Positions 1 through 15,048 of a stretch of 64,000 nt of DNA are shown here, piece by piece. Position numbers and translations under genes: made by a program. The stretch comes from Octopus bimaculoides. Its lineage: Eukaryota. Under the pieces are notes generated by a model. It was given only the letters and a program-made list of their open reading frames with translations, made no database searches and was not told the origin of the DNA. The stretch is from positions 104,444,243 to 104,508,242 of the forward strand of contig NC_068981.1 in NCBI RefSeq assembly GCF_001194135.2, in the 5' to 3' direction. Position 1 is the first letter of the stretch, and the number at the start of each line of letters is the position of its first letter.

Positions 1-47
<47 letters not shown>

Positions 48-268
48 TATAGTTCCAGCTCAGAGCTGCAGCTACTATAAGTTTCATGCTGTTAGTACAG
101 TAATCAGGCAAGTTTGTATAGTATGCTGTGTACCATCCTGCTATCTTTCACATTTAAAATGATATTAATCTCTCGTGGGATGGAGTACTTTTTTTGTGGA
201 TCCCACAAATAATGGAACAGTACACTGTATGTATGTTTGTGTGTATTAATAATGTATATTATGAAATA

Positions 269-500
269 ATATTTTATTGTGTCTGGGGAGAGCCATTCTC
301 TTTTAGTGCCTTATTAATTTATCACACTTGCTGGTCTGATTTCCATTCATTTACATTTCATCAACTATTGAAAAGGTTGCAAGTCGCAATGAAAATTTTA
401 GTAAAAAATAACAAGTAAATGAGTGGAAATCAGATCGGCGAGAGTGTTAAATTAATAAGGAACTAAAAGAGAATGGCTCTCCTCAGGCACAATAAAATAT
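269..500. repeat. Fold-back element (arms 269-354 / 415-500)
   Basis: Arms are diverged reverse complements; same family at 4896-5147, related flank at about 8985-9035. Confidence 0.75.
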
Positions 501-1039
501 GCTTCACAAATTCACATAAAGAATCTTGCAAGTCACATACAAAAATTATAAAGTAATGATGTATTAAAACTTAATCATATAAAATATGAAGCTTATTAAA
601 CTTAAATATCTAAAACAAAGGTGAATAGTCTACTCTTGAACTCTCTTTCAACAAGCTTGTTAGATTCAAAATTCCTTTTACAGCTCGCATGTGTATTTTC
701 CAACAGTGATGAGAGATTGCATGCATCTATATTCCTCATCTACTATAATAATACTCTTGTGGTTTTCTCCATCACAACATATGAATGAGAAAGGAAAGGG
801 TGATGGCAAACTGGTGGAACGGTGAACATTCAACGCTGAAAAGAAAAATCAAACAGCTTTTCAACTCTGTGTGTGTGTGTGCGTGCGTGTACAAGGGAAG
901 TATGTAATAGTATGTGAACATTAACAAGTGTATTAATTTGATTTACTATCCATATCTATATATAAAATACTACAATTAGCCATCATTCTTGACGGCACGG
1001 GGTCAGCTAGTGTATATAAAATATTGTAACAAATGATTG

Positions 1040-1260
1040 TTACGTTATAGTATTCTACCTGTTTCCCGATATGTAACGCCTTACTTATTCTTTCCCTTGT
1101 ATATACATCATCCAAGCAACCCATTTCATATAGTATCCATTTAGAGTTATTTCCCTTACATCGGTAACTTTTTAGTCTTTGCTGAAACATATATCTATTT
1201 CTTCCTATGTCTTCCATTCTAACTATTGTTCTCATATACAGGCCATCTTTGAACCCCATA
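1040..1260 (-). mobile_element. Possible highly decayed GIY-YIG (Penelope-like) fragment
   Basis: ORF 933-1259 reads GLY...DIGRNR..FQQRLK...RERISKALHI..YN, a loose match to G-x-Y...Y-I-G...R...E...N. Confidence 0.3.
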
Positions 1261-2189
1261 ATCTCCGTCCAAGCTACTGGAAATTTTTGCTACGAGTCAC
1301 AAACAACAAGTAAGCAATGTAGTTTACCTTTCATTTATTCATCTTTTTAAAAGTTCCTTTCCGTTTCTCCTGATTGAGTAAGTAAACTAAGTGTATGTGT
1401 GTATACATACAGACGTGCACACACACGCACATAGCAAAATCAATAAAAAATGCACAGTGAACTTGGTATGGTAAGTTGAAAATGCATCATCTTCACAAAA
1501 TCCTTCTTGAGAGAAAAATTGACACGAGACGAATTAAAGGGAGACAACTGGCTGAAACTGCTCTAGTAGCATTTCTTATTCACATATGAAGCTCACATAT
1601 TTCAACATTCCTTGTTAGTTGTAGCATGAGTTAATTAACTCATATTAAAAATGGGTGAAATGAAAATGATGTGAACTCTCCCTATCACAGCACCTTGGGA
1701 AATGAAAATAGCTATGATGGAGGACATTTCTGTTGTGACTATCCTGTCTATTTTCATATTTTAGAAACTGTTATCCAGTATATCCTTTACTTAATATGTT
1801 ATGGTGTGATCCAAGGAATATTTGAGCTGCTATTTCCTGTAAGTCAGACAATCATGTTGAAGTTCTCTTGCTGAACAGTAAGACCAGCTATTATGTATTG
1901 TTTGGTAGTAATGTAGCAGACCAGGCAGTACTACTCTCATCTGCCAGACTCTACTCCACTATCCAGTCTCTCATTCCTTGACTGGGCACGTTTTGTGTAC
2001 CTTGATGTACTTCTTAAAAACAAACAGCACATTGTATAATTTAATGATCATGGATTTCCTGCCCATAGGAAAAAATGACCATATGGTCATGGCTGGCATG
2101 ACTTTGATCATAGGTTTTCTCAATTCAAAAATGATGTCAGGCAAAACAACACCTGTCAGATTCTACTATACATTTAACTAATTTTAAAG

Positions 2190-2515
2190 AGTGTAGTCAC
2201 ATGGCTTAGTGGTTAGGGTTTTTGGCTCATGATAATAAGGTCACGAGTTCAATTCACAGTAGCATGTTGTGTCCTTAAGCAAGACACTTTATTTCATGTT
2301 ACTCCAGTCCACCCAGCTGGCAAAAAAGTTTAGTACTTGTAATTCAATGGGTCAGAATTGTCACATTTTGTATCACTCTGAATCTCACTAAAAACTACAT
2401 TAAGGGTACCTGTATCTGTTGAGTTCAGGCACTTGCACATGAATTTTATGAGCAGGCTGACTCATTGATTGGACAAACTGGAGCCCTCTCCATCATAACC
2501 GACAGAGTGCCAATG
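2190..2515 (+). mobile_element. tRNA-derived SINE, third family
   Basis: tggcttagtggttaggg A-box and gagttcaattc B-box; reverse copies at about 29050-29410 and 43720-43950. Confidence 0.75.
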
Positions 2516-3587
2516 TTATGTTGTCACAGCTCTCCCAATTCTATGTCGGGTGTTTAACTACCAGCTGGTTAGAACTCTGTTCTGATTGTCAAAGCCTTCT
2601 TAATTATTTTGATTTTTCTCTTCTTTACCAAGATCATTTTTTTTTTTTTCAGGCTTGGAGAAATCAACAGACAAATATTAAATGCTTTTCAAACTAAGGC
2701 TTCTGAATTACTTCCCAATTTCTGGCCGAATTATAATCCTGCCTTTACCAATTTAATAAAGCCTGACCATTTAGCTCATTAATTAACCAATTGTCAACAG
2801 ATGTCAATGAATATTCTGGATTTTCAAAAAATGTTTTGTTGTGAGAAAAAGAAAATAATTATTCCCTAATCATTTCAGGTGGGATCAGGACCCTGAGTTT
2901 GCTCATCTAATTAAACCTGATCATTGAACTAATTATTACTTTGCTACAACTAAAAAATATCACAGTATTTTTCTGAATTTATCACACACACACACACACA
3001 CACACATATTAGTGACATAAGAAACTTGTAAATTTTCAAGAAATTTTCAATAGAACATGAAATAATTCTTTTTTTTGGAATAGTGATTCTTGAAGTATAC
3101 ATAAAGCATACAGTATGTAAATATTGAGAGGAAAATCCTTTTTGGATAGAAAAAGTTGAATACCAACTATGAAACTTGAACCCACATCTCCTGTAAACAT
3201 GACAGTGAGAATCATATGTTGTTGACAAGTAACCTTTGACTTTTTAATCCTAAAAGGTTTTCAAGCAAGTACTTTCATGCTGTTTTTTATAGTTCTATAT
3301 GTGCTTTGAGATCCTCTGTTCCAAATATATATCAGTTTTAGTGAATGGGAGAGAAAAGTAATAATGCCATAGAAGAGTGTGACAATATTTTAGCTGATCG
3401 AGAAGATTGCTAATCTAGAGTTTAGTTCAATGCATATTCAGTTCCTGATGAACTCACTGCAAATCAAGGAACTCCAGAGTAACAGGCAACAAGATCAGCC
3501 AAAATGAATTATATATGGGTATACATACATTCAGAAATATATATAGATAGATAGACATATATATATATATATATATCTGTATATATA

Positions 3588-3820
3588 TCTGTAAAAATAT
3601 GTGACACTTATTTGGTAGCCATGATAAAACTCCAAGTTTCGGATGCCAGGGTGGGAACCCACGCCAACATCTCTTTAGTTATCTGGCCATTGAAAATTCC
3701 TGTCTCAGGAAACTCGGAGTTTTATCATGGCTACCGAATAAGTGTCACATATTTTTACAGATAAATTCCTCTATTTACATAATATCGAGGTCTCTTTCTT
3801 TCTTTTATTGTCCTTTCTAT

Positions 3821-3826
<6 letters not shown>
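3588..3826. mobile_element. Fold-back Penelope-type non-autonomous element in a (TA)n context
   Basis: Arms 3588-3640 and 3709-3761 are reverse complements; same family at 58615-58795; both end in TA runs. Confidence 0.7.
3617..3688 (-). ncRNA. Hammerhead motif of the second family, core mutated (CUAAAGA)
   Basis: Same layout as the 58.7 kb copy, but G5 is replaced by A, which is expected to abolish cleavage. Confidence 0.45.
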
Positions 3827-3859
<33 letters not shown>

Positions 3860-4283
3860 TCTATGTATATACATGTGTGTATGTATGTATGTATGTGTAT
3901 ATATATATATATATATATACACATACATACACATATGAGTATCTCAGTACATGTGTGTGTTTGTGCATATATATGTGTATGCATGTACCCGTACAATGTA
4001 CAATGAGGAGGAAGTTATATTGCAACTTAAACTCACCATGATTACAAAGCTGCAATCTAGTTTACATTACTTCTAGCATAAAAATTTTACATTGCCTATG
4101 CTCTTAATACCCTTCAAAAATGCATGGTGGGACACCTCATTACACTCTGTTCTATTATTCATACCCTATATGTGTGTGTACATATACATACATTCATTTA
4201 TATACACATATATGTATATGAATATATATATATATATATATATGTACACACACACACACACACATATACGTGGATGTATGTGA

Positions 4284-4314
<31 letters not shown>

Positions 4315-4806
4315 AATGACATTTTATAAACAAACTTTGGAAGCGTCAAATGCGTTTGATATTTTATAGACAAGAAAGTAATTTTCAAATACAGTACAGT
4401 AATGAAAACAGCAGAAAACCCCAAATACCCAATCTTTCTGCTGTTTCCATGAGTGTACTGCATTCAAAATTTAATTTCTTGTCTGTAAAATATATATAGG
4501 ATGTCCATAAAATTTCTTTACATTATGGAGTTTAAAAGTAAGGGAATTGTAAAAATAAATATATGGACAGCCTGTATGTATGTATGTATATATATATATA
4601 TATAGTTTCAGTCATTAGACTGTGGCCATGAAATTTCAGTCAAATAAATCAACCCGTCCTTTCTTTTTTTAAGCCTTGTACTTATTCTATCAAAGCTCTT
4701 TCACTGAACCACTAAGTTACAGGGTTATAAGCACACTAACATCAGCTGTCAAGCAGTAGAGGGGAACAAACACAGACACAAAAATGTGCGTGTGTATATG
4801 TGTGTA

Positions 4807-4843
<37 letters not shown>

Positions 4844-4895
4844 CATTTGGGGATTTGGTTTGCAAGATTCTCTTTGTGAGTTCATGTGTTGAAGC

Positions 4896-5137
4896 ATATT
4901 TTGTTGTGTCTGGGGATAGTCATTCTCTTTTAGTGCCTTATTATTTAACACACTCACCAGTTCAGTTTCCACTCATATACTTTTTTTATTTCTAGGACAG
5001 AGTCAATGACTATTGAAAAGGTTGCAAGAAGCAACGGAAATTTTAGAAAAACAATAATAAATAAGTAAATGAGTGGAAACTGAACCAGTGTGTGTGTAAA
5101 ATAATAAGGAACTGAAAGAGAATGACCCTCCACAAAC

Positions 5138-5147
<10 letters not shown>
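4896..5147. repeat. Fold-back element, same family as 269-500 (arms 4896-4976 / 5069-5147)
   Basis: Inverted arms; shared loop tattgaaaaggttgcaag. Confidence 0.75.
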
Positions 5148-5220
<73 letters not shown>

Positions 5221-5290
5221 AAACTTACTTGGAAGATGATGCATGGTGTTCAATCATATAATAATAGAAATAATATATATATATATATAA

Positions 5291-5897
5291 ACCAAGTGAG
5301 ACCATAACCCGTGGCCTATGCCAGGGGTGTAACCAGCCCACTTATGCATACCTCTCCTTCATTGGACACTAAATTCTGCTTGCGAAGATCTGTTGAGGCA
5401 AGTGAAATTGAAATCAAATCAAATTCGCAAATTTGATGACTGGCACCCATGCCAGTGGAGTGCTAAGAGTACCATCCGAGCGTAATCACTGCCAGAGCAG
5501 CTGACTGGCTTTCATGCTGGTGGCACGTAAAAAGCACTATTCGAATGCGATCGTTACCAGCGTCGCCTTCCTGACACTTGTGCCAGTGGCATGTGAAAAA
5601 ACATTCGAGCGAGGTCGTTGCCAGTGCCGGTGGACTGGTTCCTGTGCAGGTGGCACGTAAAACACACCACTTGAGTGTGGCCATTGCCAGTACCACCTGA
5701 CTGGCCTTCATGCCGGTGGCACGTAAAAGCACCCACTACACTCTTGGAGTGGTTGGTATTTGGAAGGGCATCCAGCTGTAGAAACTCTGCCAGATCAGAT
5801 TGGAGCCTGGTGCAGCCATCTGGTTCGCCAGTCCTCAGTCAAATTGTCCAACCCATGCTAGCATGGAAAGCAGACGTTAAACAATGATGATGATGAT
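5291..5897 (+). mobile_element. RTE LINE 3' UTR fragment with tandem hairpin units and (GAT)n tail
   Basis: Matches 39.7-40.4 kb and 24.2-24.8 kb; other fragments at 14780-14885, 16442-16780, 32926-33275 (+) and 20640-20850, 25280-25460, 58805-59045 (-). Confidence 0.8.
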
Positions 5898-5921
5898 GCA
5901 TACGTATATGTACATACATCT

Positions 5922-5966
<45 letters not shown>

Positions 5967-5970
5967 TGCC

Positions 5971-6241
5971 TATGTGGGCAAAGGATGTCATGAAATGTGT
6001 ACAACAAAAAAATAAAAAGTACGAGTACATGGAACATGAACTATTCTTTTGAACAATGAAAGACACAAATGGAAAACAAAGCAAACAACATAAAGAACGA
6101 CCCTTCATCAGTTGTTGGCTGTTTTTCTAGTCTTGTATTTCCATTTGTGTCTTTCGTTGTTCGAAAGAATAGTTCATGTTCCATGTACTTGTGCTTCGTA
6201 TTTTTTGTTGTACATGTTTCGTGACGTCCTGTGCCCACATA
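5971..6241. repeat. Fold-back element (arms 5971-6075 / 6138-6241) between TA runs
   Basis: Inverted arms; CTGATGA on the minus strand in the loop (6105-6111); related single arm at about 23825-23900. Confidence 0.75.
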
Positions 6242-6248
6242 TGCACAG

Positions 6249-6280
<32 letters not shown>

Positions 6281-6683
6281 ATGACAGGCTTCTTTCAGTG
6301 TCTTTCTACCAAATCCACTCACAAGGCTTTGGTTGGCCTGAGGCTATAGTAGAAGGTACTTGCTCAAGATGTTCCTTTAGTGGACCTGGCTACCATACCA
6401 CATAGTAATCCAACATGGAGGAGTATAATGGAGAATCCTATGCAGCTGAAATCTAGTTGATCCAGTATATGAAATAATTACTTCATGCAGAGCACATAGA
6501 TCATAAAAAGCAGGAGGTATAAGAGATGAATATATTTATCTAAACACTTGCTGTCCATAGGATGACAGCTGTTTTGTTATCCTATGGACATTAAGTACTT
6601 AAATATATTCACCTCTCATACCTCCTGACTCTTTATAATTTACACACACACACATATATGCCTGCACCAAAGCATATACATAT

Positions 6684-7200
<517 letters not shown>

Positions 7201-10200
7201 TTATATATTAATAAACTGTATGTTTATTTTATTTATTTACCTATTTGTTAAGAACAAAAGTTTATAACATTGTTATTGATAGAGGTAAAAAAAAACAGTA
7301 AATTCTTCAGATATTTAATATCCTTTAGGTGGTTATTTAACACCTAGCTAAATTGTTATATATATCTATACACACACACACACACACACACCATAAGCAT
7401 CACTCATAAACAAGTGCAACCTTGTAGCTTATTCCATGTGTTCACAAATTGTTTTAGGTGTCTATGTAGTCACAAGCAGATATAGACAACCTCTTGTGAA
7501 TCCTACCCTCTGATCCAGGGGAACATACAGGGTATGACAACCAGATAGAAAAAGAAATGCACCAGGCTGCAGTAAAACTAGGCTGGTACTCTTTTACAGC
7601 CAAGCAGACTGGAGCAAAAAATTAAGCATTTTACTCAAGGGCACAATGTGTTACCTTATCCAGAAATCAAAGCCACAACTTCATGATCATGATCACGAGC
7701 TCAACACCCTAATCACGAAGCTATGTGCCTTCACATATATGTATGTGTGTGTGTGTGTGTATACTGCTGAAGATATATATATATATACACACCTGCACAT
7801 ACGCACATCATCATTGTCATTTAACATACAACTTTCCATGATTGCATGGGTCAGACAGAATATGTTGCTGCAGATTTTCTACAGCTAGATGCCCTTCCTG
7901 TTACCAACCATCACCTGTTTCCAAGCAAGACAATATTTCGCATGGCCAGACATATTTTCTACAGAAAACTGGAAACGAACATGTCACTGACAACTATGGT
8001 GACAAGACATGGGAACACACAAGCACACATATATACATATATGACCAAATTTACTCAAAAGACTTTGGGTGGGAAGCAGACATCTTGCCTATATATATTT
8101 GTGTACATACATATGCGTGTGTGTTTATATACATATCACTTTATATTATATGCATGTCCTCATACAATTGGGATTTTCAATCCCAGCAGTATACTTATTA
8201 CTAAAAAAGTCCTTACTATTTCCTGTTGGCACATAGCAAGGAAGTAATTTAGGACTACTGAGCCTTATCCATGCTTTTCTGCGTACTTACATTCATCATA
8301 TGTGAGATTAAGTGTATCTCTCCTAATCTGTTTATTTTGTATTCCAAACAGCATTTTTCTGTAAGACATACATTGTAGCTTTTGTTTGGTCCAGTGGTTC
8401 TGTTGTTACTCTTGGGAAACTCATTTATGGATCTAAAGATAGAAGAGACCCAATTCATTAGGAGCCTTAAGCCCAACTTGGACTCCCATGAGTAGATTCA
8501 GAGGAGATAAATGTGGTTCCTCATATACCATGCTCACTTGTAATTAAATGCATGCATAGTAGGGGGTAAGACACCTCCCAGTGTCTTCTTAGTCTACTAT
8601 AATTATTCTTTTACTTGTTCAGTCATTTGACTACTGCCAGACTAAGACCCCAGGACTTATTCTACCAGTATTTTTTTGCTGAACTACTAAGTTACAGGGA
8701 TGTAAACACACCAACATTGGTTGTCAAGCAATGGTGGTGGGGACAAACACAGACAGAAAGGTACACACACATAAATACATATATAGATTATATATATTAC
8801 GATGGGCTTCTTCATTTTCTACCTACCAAATCCACTCACAAGGACTTAGTCAGCCCGAGGCTACACTTGCACCTATTATGAGTTTTTTTTCATATGAGGT
8901 AGGACCTAGAGTGGGATTAACCCTTCAACTGTGAAATTAAATTGCATGTTTTTTATTATTATTGGCATAATGACCCTACTAAGATACAAGATTTGTTTCA
9001 ACATGAATTCACATCAAGAATCTTGCAAACTAAATACAAAATCAAAGTTAAATTTCATGGTTATTCCGGTAATGATGTTAAATATCAGCCTAAAAATAGA
9101 ATTTGTATTTTTCTGCAAGTCACATTGCCTCAATAAATTGACATATATCAAGAGAATATAGTCTCAATATATGACATCCCTCAACAAAAACTGCTCTCTG
9201 CAGTTAAGAATGATAAAATTTTTATGCTTTTCACAGTAAAAGTTTTAACTGATGTTTTTGCTGGGAATATAGTACAAGCAAATTTAAAACAAAGTCTTTG
9301 ATGATGCAACAGTATAGAACCTGAAACTAGAATACACCATAAAAGTGTCCATTTATTTGAGATGTGATATTAGCCAATAATAAACCATTTCCTTTTACTT
9401 ATGTCAAGGTTAATGATATGATTTTGAATACCTGTAACTATCATTCACCATTTACATATCACACAATGTTGCACAAGATACCCCAAAGTATTATGCAAGA
9501 CACAAACACATCCATGTCCTTAACTACAGATGCCCACAGACACACATAAATGTGCAGAGATTATCGATTTTTGTAAAAAAAATGTTTCTCAGGGACCAAA
9601 AGTTGGAAGAGAAAATTTTCTTATATATTTTATGATGATAAAAATACTAATTATGAGTCTTCATGCAACTAAATCAGACTAATATTAAAATCTCCTTCTT
9701 TTATGGTTAATTCTTCCTTTCCATCAGTTGCAAACGTATGCCAAGAAGACAGTTACCAACTTGCAGCTCTTGAGGTTTTTCTTTTTGTTCTTTAAAGTAT
9801 GTAAATGCATAATAATATTGATGAAATTATTTTTTTAATTATTATCTGTGTTTATACTTGAAAGGATTATCAAAGCTATATGCAAACACTTCTCTTTTTT
9901 TTTTAGTAACATTACTGGAAGGAATTGCAACATGTCCCACTTCATTGTGTGTGTGTTGAGCAGTTGAAAAACAGTTCCCTTTTTAAAAATTATTTACCAC
10001 TGATTTTTGCTCATTAAAAAATTCAGGTTTAACTGCAAACCAATGAAAATGCTTATCAGTTATACAGTGTTTTTGCTGTACGCATCTGTGATATTGTACC
10101 TCAGCATGGTACCTACTTCATAACATAGGTTGACTACTATTCAGAAATACAGCTGAGTGCTAGGTAGTAACATTTGGTCCTTAACTCAGCTACTTAATAT

Positions 10201-12879
10201 TTTAGTTATCTGTAGCTCTTATAGATGTAGGTTTAAAAATTGGTTTAACTGAATGAATTTCCATCAAACAAAATTTTGTTTCATAAAAAAAAAAAGGGGG
10301 GTAAAATTGAAATTAATAATCCATTTTGGAAATGGTATAGTCATACGGATTTACATAAAGTAGAAAATAAATCCTTCTTAAGAGTAGTGTATATTGCTGA
10401 TACAGTGGACTTACTGTCTCCTTTCTGAATTCAAATCTTGCTGGACTCACATTTGTCTCTTGACAATCTATAGTTTATACATTTTCTAGGATTGATTTTT
10501 TTTTTCAGTCTCCTATATTTCTTAAAAGTCACTACTAACACTTGTGAAAGAGATATGAATGGCACAGCATTCCATTTGCTTTAGCTATTAAGCCTATATA
10601 AGAAAAGAAAATCAATAATCTGAGACATAAATTCATGAAGTCATCAGAAAGTATGTATTCTGTTCACTAACACCATAGGTCTGTGTTTGATAAAAACCAA
10701 ACAACAGTCATATGATTCAGGCCTTAACCAATGAAAACTTGCCAGATGTATAAATGTGTAAACACAAATTTGTTACCCTTTTAATTAAATTTCATAATTA
10801 TCAAGCCACTAACAGTAATTAGAGCTAACAAGTTCATTCAAAGAATAAAACAAAATGTAAAATTAGATATTTTAGGCATCCTTGTAGGGCACACTATTCT
10901 TTCTTTACTGAATTTGTCTGTAATATTATCTTATGATAGCTTCTTGTTCAATTCTTGAAGTCTCCCTAAACCAAATTTTGATGAGGAATTTATTAAATTT
11001 TATGAATTATTTCAGGATTTCTTTTTTGCTTACTTTTCTTCATTTAATAAGTTCCTTTAGTTTGCTTTTTCGTTTTTCTTTTCATAGATTCTTTGTATTT
11101 GAATGTGATTTTGTACATTTTTCAGAAATTGTAAAATGTACTTTCTGGTCATCAATCTTGTTAATGAAATTTAAAGGATTTATAATTTCAATTGTGAATG
11201 AATGTAAACATGCAAAATAATGTGGTTCTTGATATTTTATTGCAATGTTTCAATAATAAATGAATAAATTATATTTGAAAATAATGTAAAGTGTGGTATG
11301 GTTTAATAAAGACTTGACTTACGTTACTTTCTGTTTCATATGGACACACACCACTCAAGAACAGTAGTATTAAATCTTTTAACATAAATATGACATGCAA
11401 ATTCTCTAACTAATGCTTACCTTTCTATGTGCACACCATAAATCACGGCACATAAGCCTATTCTCATTAAATAAGCCAGCCTGGTCCTAGACACACATAG
11501 AATGTGCCAGTACTAAAATCCAAATAAAGGCTATTGTTCTAAAACTTAGAGCAAACTTTAAACTTTTTCAGTGCATACTTGCTGCCAACTGACTGATATA
11601 ATTCATCTATTCCTTACATTATACACCACCAGGGTTAGAAACAGAACTACACTTTTCATAACAAAACAGTTATTGATACCATAAGTACCAGTATCTAAGA
11701 GTACATACTGCAAAGAATAACCTAAAAGATCTTCAGCACCACACCAAAAGTTATTAGTAAGAACTTTGTTGTACTTCAGTAGCAAACACTTTTCATCTTT
11801 AAATTTACAGTTTACACAGAATACTAATATTATGGTCTATATTAGTAGTCTACAATATGATCTGACATTTGTATCAGAGATGTAAACAATCTACAAGTGT
11901 ACAGTGTACCAACAGCATGCAACCTAGTGAAATAGTCATTCACTTAACTCCTTCCACCACAGAACTGGCCAACAAGCTAAATTACTAAATCACCTATATT
12001 TAATGTTCTTGTTGGTACTCACAGTTGTAGCTATTTTAAGACATAGATGAAAGCAAAAATTTTAAAGTACCAATCAACAAAGCTACATTCTTGCTTCATG
12101 ATTATAATTTGGTATTGCTACAGTAAACTAAAATTGAATAGACCTTCAGCAAACCTCAAAACTCAGTTTACGTACATAAACATTTATGTGATGTTACTGG
12201 ACAGTGGAAGTCCAGGTTTTTTTTGCATATCCAGAAGTTGATAAATGTTTATGAATTGACAATATATATAGGAGGAAGTGACCTGGCAGACAAAGCAAGG
12301 AAAACAACTAATTGGTTTTAAAACATTATACCATTTAACACAATGTCAAGAAGCAACTTCAATGAAACAATACTATATCTGAACTAATGCTGGGGAGGTA
12401 ATGTGGTAAGTAATATCTGTGGTTCAATTTCTTGATATAAGTCATTTATGTATTCAATATTGCAAATAATGACATCATTGGTCACAGCTTTCTAACAGAC
12501 TTATCAAATGAGTGTCTACAGTGTAGTGTTGAAAAAATATCACAGGAGACTTTGTTCAAAGAACATCAGTTTCTGGGTTTTCTCACTGGTGTTTAATATA
12601 TATATATATGACAGGTTTCCACATATTTTCCATTTACTAATTTCACTCACAAAATATTGATCACGCTAAGGCTATGTATGATGGACAGTAGGTCAAGGTG
12701 CTGCACAGTGGTTAGAAAGAGAACTTAACCAAACATCTACACTTACATTCTTTGAGGACAATATCTGTGGGAAGTGAAATAAATGGCTGGTAGAGGAAGA
12801 ACTGTCATTTGCAAACAGTAGCACTATATGTGTACCACCAATGGGTGAATTAAGGGATTTTCCTGATAAAAAAAATTTA

Positions 12880-13060
12880 TGAAGCCATTTCTGTAGAAAA
12901 TGTAAAATCATTTTTTAGTGTAGCATTTCAAATGCAATGGATGGGAAGAATGAATTCACTGTGAAGATACACTGAGGAGGATGACAGTGATACAGACCCA
13001 TATGCAGACTTAACACCAGATGATCAACAGCAATTTTGAAAGATTTTAAAATGCTTTCAT
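12880..13060 (+). mobile_element. pogo/Tigger DDE_1 transposase C-terminal remnant
   Basis: VKSF..CSISNAMDGKNE followed by an acidic tail (EEDDSDTD), resembling SFKKCGISNALDGSEDD. Confidence 0.45.
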
Positions 13061-15042
13061 TATAAATAAAATATAACAACTTTGAGACAAAATGAATCTT
13101 TTTACAGTTTTAATCACAGAATTTTAGAGATTAGATTTTAATTGTTAATTAAATAAAAACTATTTAAAGTGTTTATGTAGTAAGTATGTGTGTATTCAGT
13201 ACACTATCTATCAATAAACTATGATTATTCCTAGAGTATATGGTATATTTTACTTGCCATACTTATTTGCCAAGACTACACTAGAGTGGAACTATTTGCC
13301 AATATTGTAACACTCTGCTAAAATGCACCATCATGGAGCAACAGTTACAGCTCTATCAGACAAAGGTGAAGGAAGGGTAGGGCACTGAACAAACATAAAT
13401 ATTCAAAATTCCCTGACCAATCAAACTCAATGTAAATAAACCATAGACAGACAATCCAAAGACTGAGAGGGAAGAAATCAATAAATAATTATAAATGCTG
13501 TCCCTTCCAATTTACTTTCGAACTGAATTAGCAATTTACCATTGTGAAAGATCAATAAGGATTTATGCAAAGAAACTTTAGATTAGCAGAAGTTTCATTG
13601 CTTTTGTTTTACTTTAATTTTACCATTTGGCAGCCTACAACATTCAAGAATAACATTTTCAAATAAACTGATTTCATACTTAATGAAACTATGAATAACA
13701 ATATAAAACATACGACCTTTTCCTCAAAGTAAATGTTAGTTGTATATTAAATGTGTAATATATGAACCATGTATTACTGTAGTTACAGGCAATGAATTTA
13801 TTGCTCTAGACTATAAAGTAGTAGCTGTCAATGGGTATTTTGATTGATATTTCAAGGCAGATCAGCTGCTGGAAACAGGATATAATGTTCGTTTATTACT
13901 ATATTTTTATTGTAATCTATGATAAGTTCATCTAGCTTTAAAAAGAATTCTGGTGGCTTAAAAATGACTAACACATAACAGTGTAAAATAAACATTGTAT
14001 GTATAAAGAATTACTTCATTTAAGTCATAAGTATAACAAAGTGTTGTAACTATGCATGGTGCCTCTCTACAGCTAAGCAGGCAGAGGTAATGAAAGACAG
14101 GTACCTTGTCTAAGGATAAGAATCAGTTCCATTTGGTATAATATGAATGCAAGGCTGTTTCAAGACAACAACACAATGTTTTAAACATTAATATTTCTTT
14201 TCTGTCTTGATGAGCAAGCAGACATTCTGAAGTCATTTCCATAGATTCATAGACATAATTCCACTAATTAACAGTAATTTCACTTATTATTTCCACAAAC
14301 TAATTAAGAATATCCAGGTTTCTTTCTATCACAGTATTATTATTTCATAATCTGATACAAGATATAAAGCAATCAAAGGTTTCTTCATTTCCAGTGAAAG
14401 CTTAAAAGAAATGTTGATTACACCAGTAAAATACAAGTTAGATGGTAATTGTTAATTTATAAATAGGATTAGTATCACAAAAAAAAATACAAAAAAGTTG
14501 GAAATACTTATACAGAATACAAAAATAATATAAAATTTGAAAAACATTCACTGAAACAATATAAAATACTATAGAGAGTATATAGGGAAAAATTATGTAA
14601 ATTTTGTAAAAATAAGTTCTCAATAGTTTTACATATTTACAAATGTAATTATGACGAGGATCACTATCACCATGACAACGTCAATAAGAAATAAATATTT
14701 TTAAACATTTTTTTTTCTTTCATCCTTTTACCTTAAGGGGTTTTCTTTCTTCCCTTTGATCAAGGAGAAAAGGATTTTTTTACTGGAGCCTGGTGTTGCC
14801 ATCCGGTTTCACCAGTCCTCAGTCAAATCGTCCAACCCATGCTAGCATGGAAAGCGGACGTTAAACGATGATGATGATGATGATGAAAATATAAATTTTT
14901 ATGAATTTTGTTCAGTAGTAATGTAGAGAAAGACAATACTTTTTTGCGGCTTTTTTTTAAAAAAATTATAATGAAAACTGGTATTAAAACAAACGAGTTA
15001 AAAGGTGGGATTAGACTGATATTTGGTTTTAGTAACAGAAGA

Positions 15043-15048
15043 TTTATT
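15043..15048 (-). terminator. Candidate AATAAA polyadenylation signal of the SDR gene
   Basis: tttatt on + about 1 kb beyond the stop, with T-rich sequence further downstream on -; other candidates at about 13.9 kb; hexamer is common in AT-rich DNA. Confidence 0.3.

Noticed and set aside
3861-6405. Many ORFs rich in YIYI, HTHT or CVCV (also at 23.4-24, 33.1-33.6, 40.3-40.6, 47.2, 52.4-52.9 kb)
   Set aside because: They are translations of (TA)n, (CA)n and (TACA)n microsatellites, not genes
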